From the NCBI GenBank assembly GCA_013239625.1, contig MU053559.1, forward strand, positions 620,001-684,000: a stretch of DNA of 64,000 bases. Reading direction: 5' to 3'. Each line of letters begins with the position of its first letter. Position 1 is the stretch's first letter. The position numbers were made by a program, and so were the translations under genes. This stretch comes from Lama guanicoe. Taxonomy: Eukaryota. Below the pieces are notes generated by a model. The model saw nothing but the letters and a program-made list of their open reading frames with translations. It ran no database searches and was not told the DNA's origin. Below, piece by piece: positions 37,625 through 50,405 of the stretch.

Positions 37625-38870
37625 TATCAATGACATTAAGAAAAACTGCTTTATTGAGAAATCACTGCCATACAATAAATTGCACATATTTAAAGTGTAC
37701 AATTTGGTAAGTTTGTATTATATATATATATATTCACCATACAAGATAGTAAACACTTTCATCACTCTCTCATCCCCACTTGCACACACCTAAGCACACA
37801 CCTGCTTTCTGTCACTATAAAGATTTGCGTTTTACAAAGTTTTATGTAAATAAAAACATACCGTATGTACCCCTGTTTGTATGGCTTTCTTCACTCGGTA
37901 TAATTATCTTGAAAGTATAATTATCTTGAAATTATCTCCAATTTGTTTATTCATTCACCTGTTGATGGACATTAAACTGCTTTCAATTTTTGACTGTTAC
38001 AAATAAAATTGCCATGCAAATCCTGTACACATCTTCATATGGACATATCTTTTCTTTTCTCCTGGGTAAAAACCTAGAAGTTAAATCGCTATTAAGCCCC
38101 CCAACTGTGTTTATATGGTAAGTGCGTTGTTAGATTTTAAAGAAGCTACCAAACTGTTTTCCAGATTGGTTGTACCATTTTACATTCCCATCAGCAGTGT
38201 ATGGGAGTTTCAGCTCTTCCACATCTCTGCCAACACTTGCTATGGTCAATCATTTTAAATTCAGCCATTCTAATAAGTGTGTAGTGGTATGTTTTTATGT
38301 TTTAAATTTATAGTCCCCTAATGATAGTGGTGCTGAGCACCTTTTCATACATTTATTTGTCACCTGTGTATCTTCTCAAATCTTTTGCCTATTTTTTGTT
38401 GGGCTATCTTCTCATTGTTGAGTTTTGTGAGTGTATTTTACACTCAGATATATGTTTTTGCAAAGACTTTTCTTAGCCTGTGGCTTATTTTGTAAAGATC
38501 TTAACCGTGTCCTTTAAAGAATGGATTTTTCAGTTTGGTGAGATCTAATTTATCAATTTTTCTTTTATGAACTGTGCCTTTGTTGTCAAAACAAATATTT
38601 CCTAATCCAATGGTAAAATTTTTTCCTGTGATTTCTTCTAGAAGTTTTATACTTTTAGGTTTTACATATAGGTCTATGATCCATTTGAGTTAATTTGAAA
38701 ATATATTGCAAAGTATGGATCCAAGTACATTCTTTTGCATATGGATATCCAATTGCTCCAGCACCATTTGTTGAAAAGGCTATACTTTCTCCACCATGAT
38801 GCCTTTGTACCTTTAAAAAAACTCAGTTGTCTATTTATGTGTGGGTTTATGTCTGGAGTGTCTACTATGC
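37625..38870 (-). mobile_element. Old L1M 3' region
   Basis: ttattcattcacctgttgatggacatt, ccaaactgttttccagattggttgtaccattttacattccca, ccagcaccatttgttgaaaag. Confidence 0.8.
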
Positions 38871-39759
38871 CCTGTGGTCTGAGCTTTCCTAGCAGTGAAA
38901 CTGATGTATTAATGGAACTGTATAACCTTGGTCCCTAAAACAGCAGCCCAAGCCAGCTGGATCACTAAGTCCAATATCCTTGACGGGTGGTGGTGACGCC
39001 CAAGCTCAGCACCCCTTCCAGGTGGACGTTGAGTTTCACACTGCCTCTTGGTAGCAAAATCCAAGTGTTGATCATCAAATCCATCAAATCCATCAGGTAT
39101 TCTTTCTCTGGCCCAGGAATTCCCATGGCCCAGTTGGACCCTCATTCCTTTCAATCTTCAGGGCTGCAAAGCAAAGCAACTTAGGCCATCTACCAAGAAG
39201 CCTGGGACACAACATTCTCCCCTGAGGCTTTTAAATCTGCTGGTGCAGCTGGTATGTCCTGATACCTGGCTACCTGGAGGCAGAAGTTTGGACAAAATGA
39301 CCTGCTGGGGTATAGACAGCACAGAGAGGGGATGCTTTCTGTAGCCCAGTCCCAAGGGTGTCAGATGTGGGTTCCTCACTCCTGCCCTGAGGATACCCCA
39401 GCTGCTCCAGGGCAGAGAGACAGTTTCTCTGCTTCCCTTAGTCCCTCCCAACCCCCTCCCCAGGCCTGTCCAGTGAGAGGGAGGCATCAGCCCACATTCT
39501 GAATTTTTTCCTTGAGAGTGTTCTCCACAGATTTTGCTGGCATGTGATTACATCCTGGAGGGGTGACAATGGGCACTCAGTAAGACAAATGACAGACAGG
39601 GCAACGGCTCCTCCAGAGAGAGGCAGGAGTAGCCTGATCCCTGACTTGGATTCTCATTGATTCCCCTCCAGTTTCTCCTGTGAGTTGGGTGGCCGTTCCT
39701 TGGGCAGAAGACCCTCTATTCCTGCCTCCCCAAGTCGCCCACTCTCTGTCTGTTTTATT

Positions 39760-39845
39760 TTTTTAAATGGAGGTACTTGGGATTGAACCCATGACCTCAT
39801 GCATGCTAAGAATGCACTCTACCACTGAGCTATGCTCCCCTGCCC
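39760..39845 (-). mobile_element. vic-1-like SINE
   Basis: ggaggtacttgggattgaaccc...ctctaccactgagcta. Confidence 0.85.
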
Positions 39846-40258
39846 CTGAGTCTTTAGACAGAATAATCCCACAACCAAAAGTTTAGGTGAATCCCCTCAT
39901 CCTTCAACACACCACACCCAGGGAATCTAGAAGGCAGGGACATTTGCAACCAGGACTTTGGAGACATTTATTGCAGAAGGGAACTGGAGCATAGAATCAT
40001 GGGGAACCCCTCTTCCAGGGCCCAACAGTTTTACCCTGAGCCTGCACATGGGATAATAATGAATGAATTGTTATCTAAAGGGTATGGGTGGGAACGTGGT
40101 AGAAAGACGGAGGGGATGGGAACTAGGGATAATTGGGAAGCAACACTTCTCTATCTTTTTGCAGAGCTTTGACTCTTAGAACCATAGTGATGTTTCACAT
40201 ACTCCAGAAAAAGAATAAAGGAAGTAAGAAAGTGGTTGAAAAAAATAAACTATGATGA

Positions 40259-40368
40259 GGGGGGCAGGGTATAGCTCAGTGGTAGAGCATGTGCTTAGCA
40301 TGCATGAGGTCCTGGGTTCAATCCCCAGCACCTCCACTAAAAATAATAAACCTGAGGAAAAAAAAAAC
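40259..40368 (+). mobile_element. vic-1-like SINE within an old L1MC-like fragment (about 40050-41290)
   Basis: tRNA head gtatagctcagtggtagagcatgtgcttagcatgcatgaggtcctgggttcaatcccc. Confidence 0.85.
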
Positions 40369-41749
40369 ACTAGGATGAGAGGGGAGCCCCCAGAGGAATG
40401 TAAACAGGAACAATGGAACCGAACTGTATTTCAAATGAATCATATAACCACACCAAAGGGCATGGGGAAGAAAATAACTAACCTTAGTAGTTTTGGGAAA
40501 CAAGATTTATTTTGGCCAGATACTATAAGGCTCAAAGCAAAAAGAACTGTACACAAATACTGTACTTTAGTTAGTAAATTTGGTTTTACACAGGGGTATG
40601 GTTAGGAATTCTGAAACTACTTTATGTGTAAATGAAGATCTGAGCAAATAAATATATCACAGATAACGAGTCCTGTTTCTCATTGTCAGAGAAAGGCATT
40701 TCAAATATGGAAGAGAGATAAGGCTACAATAAACCCTGAGGTCTTGGATAGGAATCAGAGATATCAGTATGACTCCACAGGACCGTCTACAAAACAGCCT
40801 GCCTATGTTCTACAAATATGTCAATGTCATACAAGATGAAGAAAGTTTAGATTAAAAGAGATTGAAAGATGTGACAAGTAAATGCAACACACAATCCTGG
40901 ACTGGATCTGGGAACAGAAGAAAAATTGCTTTCTTTTGCCAATAAGGGCATTATTGGGACTACTGGCACATTTTGAAAAAGGTTTGCAGATTAGATAATA
41001 GTGTATTGATGTTAGTTTCCTGACTTTGATGATTACTGTACTGTAGTTATGTAAGATAATGATTTGCTTTTTAGGAAAAATACACTAGTATTTAGAGGCA
41101 TTTCCTTTCAAATGTTTCAGAAAAATATACATATATACAAAAAATGAATATATATATCCTTCATCCAGATCACCCAAATGTCCAAGTGTTAATATTTTAC
41201 CCCATTATGTGTATTATTACTATTACTACTACTACACTTGAAACTTTTTCCATAAGTGTGAAATTATTCTAAATAAAAAGTTAAAATAAATATGCAGATT
41301 ATTGGACCTCACTTTTGATCTGTTGGATCAGAAATTCTGGGTCTGACGCCCAGGAATATGAATGAAAGGCATTACTCACTGAGTCAAAAAATTCTTGAGA
41401 AGGGCTTTAATTTTAACTTGATGAAAATTCTTGATTCCAACGGGTCCTGTCATACTTAGTTCCCCATATATTTGAGGGAATTCTTAAAGATATACATAGC
41501 TTTGTATTAGTCTGTGAGGGCTGCCATAACAAAACACCCCAGACTGGATGGCTCAAACAACAGAAATTTATTTTCTCACAATTCTGGAGGCCAGAAAGTC
41601 CAAGATCAAGGTTCTGGCAGGGTTTGGCTTCTGGTGAGAGCTCTCTTCCTGGCTTGCAGAAGTATTGGTGTTGTGATTGTGGCTTTTGTCAGGACTACAC
41701 TGAAGATTATGTGTCCCTGTTGCCCACACTGAATCTGGGTCTTGGGTCA

Positions 41750-44050
41750 CACTTCTACCATCTATGTCCCTCAGATTTGAACCTTGATCCTGGTCCTCTG
41801 TTAACGCTTATACTTTCACTGCCACTCAGGTCTGACCTTGCATCTGGTTCTCTGTTCAATTTTCTCTCTACACAAGCTTCTATGAATACTTCTGCCACTA
41901 ATGTGCCACTTGTTGGGGTGTCTAACTTAAGTCTCTGTTAAGTAACTATTCCATCATTAATTCAGTCTGGCATGAAAACCAAGCCTGAGTTCTCTTTGTT
42001 TCTTCCTTCATCAATGCCTCCTCTGATCTGTGAATCAAATCCAAGCCTCTTAACACTATCAGTTCCCTGCTCTGATCTACATATTAAACCTAGATCACAC
42101 TTGTAGATTTTACCACCAATGGCCCTCTTTTCTGACTTTGAATCTGGCTATCTGTTAAATCTTTAGCCATCAGTGACTCTCAGCTTTAATTTCAAACCCA
42201 GGGCTCTGTATTCCATCATCAATGTGTCAATGTTCTAGATCTTAAATCTGAACCTCTGTTAACCTTTCCATCATCAATGCTCCTGTGACCTTGGTCCAGA
42301 ATCTTTATTGAGATTTCTGTCAATTTCCTTTGATCTGATCTCAAACCCAGGCATTTGAGATAATTCTGATGTAACAGCCTGAGCCCTTCATTGATGCCCA
42401 TCTGGTCTGAATTCAAGCTTGACCTACCATCAGTAGTGTTTCCCTATTAATACCCTATCCTTCAATCAAATCTTCCACCACAATTGACCTTCTGGTTTGA
42501 CCTCAAAATTGGGCGTTATAGAAGACAAAATAATGGTCTCCCAAAGATGTTCATGTCTCAATCCTTGGAACTTGTGAATATGTTATCTTACATGGCAATA
42601 GGGACTTGGTAGATATGGTTAAACTAAGAATCTTGAGATGGGAAGATTATTCTGGATTATCCAGATGGGTCCAATGTCATCACTGGGGTCCTCATAAGAG
42701 AGAGGGAGGAGGGTCGGAGTCAGAGAAGGAAGTATGATGATGGAAACAGAAGGGCATGGTCAAAAAGAGATTCGAAGATGCCATATTGCTGGCTTTGAAG
42801 ATGGAAGAAGGGGTCATGTACCAAGGAAGCTGGAGAAAGCAAGGAAATGGGTTCTTTCTAGAGCCTCCAGAGGGCGTACAGCTCTGCCAATACCTTTATT
42901 TCAGCGCAGTGAAACCCATCTCAGACTTCTGACCTCCAGAACTGTAAAGTAATAAACTTGTACTGGTTTAAGCCAATTAGTTTGAGGTAATTTGTTAGAG
43001 CAGCAATAGGAAACTAATACAAACATCTCTGAAATATTCTACCATTGATGCCCATCTGGTCAATATTCAAACAATGTCCTTGTTAACACTCCACCATCCA
43101 TACTTCTCTGTGTGACCTCAAATCCCAGCCATTGTTAGCCATTCCACCATCAAAATGCCTTATCCATATCTTCCAATCTAGGCCTCTGTTAACTTTTCCA
43201 ACCTAAATCAATCTCTGATTTTACCCTGAACTCAGGCAGCTGTTGTCTAGTCCATCATTAATGGGTTCTGATCTAGGTATAGAATCTAGGGTTTAGAGGG
43301 TAGAGAGTTAACCGTCCCTTTGTGTCTGTGTATTACACGTGGAGGTCTGTTCACTTTCTTACTATCAGAGCAATTTATGCGTGAATCTTTTCTCAAGTCT
43401 GTTAACTCTTTCCCCATCATTGCCCCTTGTGTCTGTACCTTGACTACAGGCCTCAGTTAAATCCTCCCCATCTATGATCTTTTGGTGTGTATGGAAAATC
43501 AAACCTGCGCTAACTCTTCCGCCGCTAGTGCCTCTTCTCCTATGGGCATCAACCCCAGCCCTCAGTTAATGCTTCTATTAGGAATTCGATTTGGTCTGAC
43601 CTTGAAGTCAGGTCTTGGTTAACTCTTCCACCATCATTGCCCCTTTGGAATAGGTTATGAATTGTGGGTTTTTGTTAATTATACCACTTTTGATGCGTTT
43701 CTGGTCTGTCCCAGACTTTGGTCTAAGTTAACATTACCATTTTCAAAGCTTCTCGGGAATAATTTTGGAACTGGGCCACCATTCCGCCATCAGTGCCCTC
43801 CTAGTTTGACCTTCAAGCGAGGTTTTAAAGTTTTCTCCATCCATACATCTTGGAAGAGGTCTTGAATCCTAGGTCACTCGTAACTACTTTACCATAAGAA
43901 ATCCTCTATTGTATAGGTATGGAACCTATGCCTTTGTCAACTATTCAATCTCAATTCTAGGCTGACTCCAATCTAGCCCTTGTTAAGTTTTCTAAAACCA
44001 GCGCCCCTTAGGCTTTGCGTTGAACATGTGACTCTAACTCATTTAGCTTT
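41750..44050. repeat. Degenerate ~54-bp tandem repeat array, interrupted by MLT1
   Basis: Recurring GTTAAC-TCTTCCACCATCAATGCC-CTGGTCTGACCT-AACCCAGGCCTCT; anchors at 43401, 43456, 43509, 43565, 43618, 43674, 43727. Confidence 0.75.
42513..43021 (+). mobile_element. MLT1-family solo LTR
   Basis: taatggtctcccaaagatgttcatgtc...ttgagatgggaagattattctggattatccag...agcaataggaaactaataca. Confidence 0.85.
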
Positions 44051-44079
44051 GATAATGGGCTGCAAAAGGCCGCTTCTGC

Positions 44080-44900
44080 CAACTTTAATTGACGCGGGCA
44101 GAATGTTCAGGTTGTGAGTGACAGAAGGGGGCGGGCCCTTCTGTGTTAGAAGGAGCCAATGGAAGACCAGGAGCGCAGAGAAGCCAGGGCGGTGAGTGAT
44201 AGGAGAGGGCGGGCCCTGACTCGACTAAGAGCGGGAGGGTGGTGACGCTATTCTGGGAGTAGTGCGCGGGAAGTGTGTTCTGAGCCTGCAAGTGAATATG
44301 TATTATTATGTCAAAGGTCTCTCCACTTTCTCCAGATGCTTTAGAAATAAGGCTTCCGCAGAGCAATCTCTCAGGGGGTGCTTCCACCATCCGGCCTTAG
44401 TACTCCCCCTCTCTCCACCCGGTTCCCACCGAACCCTGCAACCGGCCGCGTTGCCACACCTTTGCTCAGGCTGTGCCTTCGCTGATGGTCGAGAATACCC
44501 ATTCTCCCGCCGGGACATTCGTGGCGCTTCCCAGTCTCACACTGCTTTTGAAGCACCGATTTTGAACATTCTGCCTAGGAAGTATCATGGGGACTCCCCG
44601 GGCTCCAAAACGCATATTTCCTCTGGCTGGAATGGTAGCCTCAAGAAGCAGTGAGAAGCACTAGCCATTTCCTGGCCGGTGATTGGGTTGCTGGCGCAGA
44701 CCGAGTGGCGCCATACTGGCATAGCTGGGGGTCCGTGGCTGATTCTGAGCGTGCGGAAGATAATCCAATGCGTCACGCAGACTCACCGAGTAGGGCTAGA
44801 AGGGAAAAGGGAATTTCGGGGGATGTTGAGCCCGTTTGTGCAAGCGGGAAGCCAAACCCGGTTTGAGAAGGAGCTTTTGGGTCCTGAGAACAGAGCCAGG
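44080..44900 (+). promoter_or_regulatory. ZNF630: CpG-rich promoter and probable non-coding exon 1 of ZNF630 (donor at 44901)
   Basis: High CpG density; GC boxes, CCAAT, CGTCA; cagg|gtgagg donor. Confidence 0.65.
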
Positions 44901-45164
44901 GTGAGGGGCCAGGCTGAGTGATGGGGGGTCTGTGTGGTCGGTGAAAGGGACCTGTGGAAGGAATAGTGAGGGGTCCTTTGGGCTGGATGATGTGGACAAC
45001 AGTGATAGGGGAGTGTGGAGGGTCAGAGATAATGGTGTGTGGGGTATGCGAGTTTATGGGGGTGAGTGATGGGGTATCCGTGTGGTGAGCAATGGTGTGT
45101 GTAGGGTGAATAATGGGATTTCAAGGGGGTGAGTGAAGGGGAAGGTCTATGAGATGAGTGAAAG

Positions 45165-45848
45165 TGAGGCGGTAAGTCCCATAAAAAGACCGGCAGGACC
45201 CCTAGGCAGGGCCGCTGCTCTCCTCCCAGCACCGTCCGGTTCCCTGGCCCAGAGACTCTTATATCACTTTTTGCCTCTAAAGCGGCTTACTTACACCTAG
45301 AATTCTATTGGTTCCCTGAGCTCACTTCTGATTGGCTATTTCCTTCACTCCTGATTGGTTATTACTCTCACTTCTGATTGGTTATTACTCTCAATCCTGA
45401 TTGGTTATTACTCTCACTCCTGATTGGCTATTTCCTTCACTCCTGATTGGTTATTACTCTCACTTCTGGTTGGTTCTTACTCTCACTCCTGATTGGTTAT
45501 TACTCTCACTTCTGATTGGTCCATTTGTAGTACTTCATTTGCATGAAGCTCACTCCTGATTGGGCTATTTCTACAAAGCTTGTTCCTGGTTGGTCAACTT
45601 CTGTTATACTTTATTTGCATATGATGTTGCAAAGTGTAAAACTGGCAGCCTATAAAAAGCCTGTGTAAACTTACTGACGGGGTCTACAGCTTCAAGGGTT
45701 AACTCTTTTGGTGAGCTCTATTGAGCTGGCTGGCGTAGTAAACTTGAGTTTTCTAAGTCTCCGAGTGTTGCTTGGTCTTCTACTCGGATCCAGGTTGCTG
45801 TCAACAACTGAGTTGTAACACGGAGCTGTAACACACTTTTCCGCAGCA
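45165..45848 (+). mobile_element. Solo ERV1-class LTR (684 bp) with 4-bp TSD AAAG
   Basis: TG...CA ends; AAAG at 45161-45164 and 45849-45852; TATAAAA at 45651; AGTAAA at 45737. Confidence 0.85.
45321..45527. repeat. 9 x 23-bp tandem repeat, each unit with an inverted CCAAT box (one variant GGTTGG)
   Basis: Unit (c/t)tcact(c/t)ctgattgg(t/c)tatt(ac/tc)(t/c), counted by eye. Confidence 0.92.
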
Positions 45849-46879
45849 AAAGAGGTTTGGGGTGAGTGATGGAGGGCCTGTTGAGTGAATGATGGGTTGT
45901 GTGGGGTGAACAATAGGGGATCTATAGGATGAGTGATGAGGGTCCACTGGGACAGGAATGGGAATGTGTAGGGTCATGTTGGGATTCTCTGCTGTCAATC
46001 ATACATCCGTGAATAAACAAAAATCCCCGCCCTTGTGGTTTCAGCATTTCACTGGAGGAGTCAGATATTGAGGTTTTAATTTATATTTCCCTGATGACTA
46101 CCTTTTCATTTATGTACTGATCACTCGGAGAGCCTCTTTTGTGAGGTGCCTGTTCAGATATTTTGCTCATTTTTCCATTACCTTGTCTACTTTTCCTTAT
46201 TAATTTGTAGGGATTGTTTTCGTATGTTCTGATAACATTTATTAGTGACATGTGTTTTGCAACTATCTCCTTAATTCTTGGTTTCATGGCTCTGAATATT
46301 AAGATTTTAAGTTAATTTTAAACTATAAAGTGCAGTGTAAGTTTAATGTTTTGCTATTCCTGAGTTAAAAGCCAGACAATGTTCTCTGTAATTTAGGAGG
46401 AAGATTAATTTTTTAGGGCCTCCAGAAGCTGACTAAGAGTTACATCTCTGAAAACTGTGGTACCACATCAGCTAGCGAGGAGTTCTCTGCTTTTTGTTTT
46501 CTCACCACCTCACCCTCTAATCCCTGGCTGTGTGATCTCAGGCAAGTCACTGTCCCTGTCCAGGCCTCAGTGTCCTGTCTAAGAAATGAGGATACTAGGG
46601 CCTATCCTGTGAGGGTTAGGATGATAATTAAATGAGTTAATACCTGATTATTATCTATTCACCATGGTTTTGTAGTACTGATCTTGTATTTATTTCATGG
46701 ATCATCCATGAAACTCAACGTCAGAGCTACTCATGTGATATCCAAGGAAATCCAATGAAAGAAATTAAATACCAAGGAATAAGATTGCATCAGATAGAGT
46801 TGAGCCTTGGCGGGCCCCAAACCATTTTAAAATCTGGGGGCCAGCTGTCTGTTTTTTTTTTTTTTTGATTTTTGGTTTT

Positions 46880-47190
46880 CTTCTTGCGGGGAGGGGAGGC
46901 AGTTAGATTTATTTATTTATTTATTTTGGGAGGAGGAAATTAGGTTTATTTATATATTTTTAAATTAATTAAAAAAAATTTTTTAGTGGAGGTGCCGGAG
47001 ATTGAACCCAGGACCTTGTGCACGCTAAGCATGTGCTCTGCCACTGAGCTATACCCTCCCCCTATTTATTTATTTATCTATCTGTCTATTTATTTATTTC
47101 TTTTTCTTTTTTCTTTTAATTTTTATTTTAACCCAGGACTTCCTGCATGTTGGGCATGCACTCTACCACCAGAGCTATATCCTACCCCTT
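46880..47190 (-). mobile_element. Cluster of vic-1-like SINE copies and fragments
   Basis: gattgaacccaggaccttgtgcacgctaagc...gagctataccctcccc, then a second aacccaggact..ctctaccaccagagctata. Confidence 0.8.
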
Positions 47191-48561
47191 TCGGATGTTT
47201 GTTTATTAAACAGTTGGGAGCATGCTCTTGTGGCCTGCCATTCCTTCATTTCATAGCTATCTCCATGCCATTAACTTTATTTCCACAGTACTACTTAGTT
47301 TACTCTATGGAAATTTTAAAAAATTAACAAAAATAGAAGGAACTGTATAATGAACCCCCATTATGCATATCACCCAGTCTCATCAGTCATCAACTCATGG
47401 TCATTGTCATGGTCATGGAACTCATTGTTTCATCTAAACCAGGGGATGGAAAACTGCAGGCAGTGGGCCAGATTGGGCCTGCTGCTGTTTTTTGTTTTTG
47501 TTTTTTTTTTTTGCTGTTTTTATACAACCATAAGCTAAGAATGTTTTTCACATTTTTTTAATGGTTGGAAAAAATCAAAAGAAGAATAATATTTTGTGAT
47601 ACGTGAAAATGATACAAAATTCAAATTATACTGTCCATAAATGAAATTTGATTGGATCACAGCCAGTAAGAATAATTGAGGGGGTAAACAAAGTTTATTC
47701 TAGGAAGAGCAACTCATTGAGGGATAAAACCATTTTAAAATTTACATATGTTTACTGTTCATTGTTTCTAAGAACAGTTTAGAGCTTTAGCTTTTTAAAC
47801 TTACATAATTATCAAAGGAATAAAGCCAACCACAAAATAAGAACCAACAGAATTCAGTAATCCAATCATAAAGGACAGTCAAATGAAAATACACAAATAT
47901 TAAATATATAGCTTAATAAGTTTTTATATATGTAGTCCTTTATTATTTTGAAACAAATCTCAGATACGTTGTTTTATTCATAAATATTCCATTATACAGC
48001 TGTAAAAGATAAAGACTTAAAGGCCATACCATTATTCAAAGTAAAATAATTAACAATAATATCTTCAGATCATCAATGGTTAAATTCCTTAATATTGAAT
48101 ATCTAGTCAGGGCTCAAACTCTAATGATTATCTCAAAGAATTTTTTTTCGTCTGTTCAAATTATGATTCTAGACAAGGTTTTGGTTTCTGTGTCTTTTGA
48201 GCCTCTTAATCATCTATAGTATTGCTTTTAGTGGTCGCTTCCTTTCCATCCTTTGGAGGGTCCATAACTTATTTTCTCAGTCCTCAGTGATTGGGCATTT
48301 AGGTTATTTTCAATATTATGGTGTTAAAGACAAATTTGTGATGAAGGTTTCTACAGTTAAATCTGTGCACACATCCATGATTATTACCTTAGGATAAAGT
48401 TCTAGTAATGGAATTACTAGTCAGATGAGAACCACAAGTTATCAATGAATGAACAAGCAGCATATTTCACATCCAGCCACTGAAGACTGGATAATCCAAC
48501 TTGGTCTCTGAAGACTCTGTACCCCACTCCACCACAATTCCTTTCCAAATCAAAAAAGAAA

Positions 48562-48576
48562 ATGATTGAGTCCCAG
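48562..48576 (+). pseudogene. ZNF630: ZNF630 initiation exon, coding part (MIESQ)
   Basis: ATGATTGAGTCCCAG|gtaatt; matches recalled human ZNF630 N-terminus MIESQEPVTF. Confidence 0.75.
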
Positions 48577-49597
48577 GTAATTTGCATTTGTTTCCCACCT
48601 GGTTCTTCCCACAACAAAATGGGATAGGGCAATTAGTTGAAACTAAGAACTAGAGAAATTTAGAGAGAATAGAAGATCAAGATATAGGTAAAATTGCTGG
48701 GAAGACACACAGATCATCTGGCCTTGCGTCATATAAACTGAGGTAAACATTTTATCTGTGAGCTTCCTGGCAGCCACAGTGAAAAGGGCAAACATGATCA
48801 GTAAGATGATTTGCATTCTCCATCAAGAGAAATCAGTTCATAAGTCCAGCTCCTCAGATTTCTGGGCCTCTTGCCTAAGAAATTTTATTGTTGTTTTCCT
48901 AAGGGCCAGTTGTTTTCAGGTCAGTGTGGCATCATCAATAGTTGTTCCAAAGAGGCTGTTTTTAGTTTAAAATTTCTGGCGTGGAGCATGTGCAGTGTCT
49001 TGGAGCATGAGCGGTTTGTTGGTTTTCCATGGCTCCTTTGCCGTCTCAGAGTTTGTGGAGTCATGCTCTAACTCAAGGCCATCTCTGCTCTTCCATTTTC
49101 AGTCTTTATTACTTTTTTAATCCTTGTAAGGGTAACATATATGTGGGGGCAAAGATTGTAAACAATATAGCAAAGTAAAAATTAGAAAGTGAAATATCTC
49201 TGTAATCTAACTTCTACCTCCTTCCCAAATTACATAAACTAGTATGTAATTTGGGAATGATCCTTCCATATTCTTTTCATTATACTTTTAACCTCATCTA
49301 TGTGTGTAGGTGTGTATGTATAAATACGTGTGAGTGATCTTGTTATAATCATGTATTTTTCTTTACCGTACACACAAAATATACACACTGCATCTTCTGT
49401 TCTGCAAGATTCTTTTTTTACCTGTTGATAAAATATATCAATAAATGTAGTTTTAATACATTTTATTATAGAAATTTCAGTTTTAAAATGTATACAAAAA
49501 TAGATTTTACTGAAGCCCTTTGTGCTTATCAGCCAGTTGCAAATATTAATTGGTGGCCAGTGTTGTTTTGTCTGTCATTTATCTCCACACACCCCTA

Positions 49598-49599
49598 AT

Positions 49600-49633
<34 letters not shown>

Positions 49634-49660
49634 CCACCATCACCATTATCACCATCCTCG
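49598..49660. repeat. (CAT)n/(CAC)n microsatellite
   Basis: Directly visible. Confidence 0.85.
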
Positions 49661-50278
49661 TCACCTTGCCAGTTCCTTGTTATTTTGTTTAGGATTTTTA
49701 CTACTGTGTTCATGAGACATGGGCATGTAATTTTCCTTTCTTGTATTATTCTTGTCATGTTTTGACATCACAATTATGTTGGCCTCACATAACGATTTAG
49801 GAAGTATTATCTGGAAAAGTTTGGGGAGACTGGTATTATTTCTTTCTTAAATGTTTGGAAGAATTCCCTAGGGAAGTTATCAGGGTGTGGAGTTTTCTTT
49901 GTGGGTAGGTTTTAATTTATGAATTCAGTTTATTTCAAAGATATAGTATCATTTAGATTATTTCTTTTTATGTCAAGTTTGGTAAATGGTGATTTTCAAG
50001 TGATTTGTCCAGTTTGTCTAAATTAGGGGCCAGCAAGCTTTTTCTGTAGATGACTAGATAGAAATATTTTAGGTTTTGTGAGCCATATGGTCTCAGTTGC
50101 AGCTACTCAAATCTGCTATTGTAGGTTGAAAGCAGCTGTAGATAATATGTAAATCAATGAGCATGGCTGTGATCCAATAATATTTATTTATGGACACTGA
50201 AAGTTGAATTCTATGTAATTTTCACATCATAAAATGTTCTTTTGGCTTTTCCCCCCAACCATTAAAAGTGTAAAAATC

Positions 50279-50405
50279 AGGGTGGGTATAGCTTAGTGGT
50301 AGAGCGCATGCCTAGAATGCACAAGGTCCTGGGTTCAACCCCCAGTATCGTCATTAAAATAAATAAACAAAGAAACCTAAATACCACCCCTAAAAAAAAT
50401 AATAA
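50279..50405 (+). mobile_element. vic-1-like SINE
   Basis: gtatagcttagtggtagagcgcatgcctagaatgcacaaggtcctgggttcaacccc. Confidence 0.85.

Noticed and set aside
38880..39490. Possible minus-strand exon (acceptor at 39273) and ORFs 38909-39154 and 39158-39487
   Set aside because: No recognisable protein and no supported partner exons
41750..44050. Fossil 18-aa protein repeat encoded by the 54-bp array
   Set aside because: Unit spacings of 53/55/56 break frame and no long ORF spans it; kept only as a DNA repeat
45321..45527. CRISPR-like array
   Set aside because: Head-to-tail repeats with no unique spacers, inside a mammalian LTR, and no cas genes
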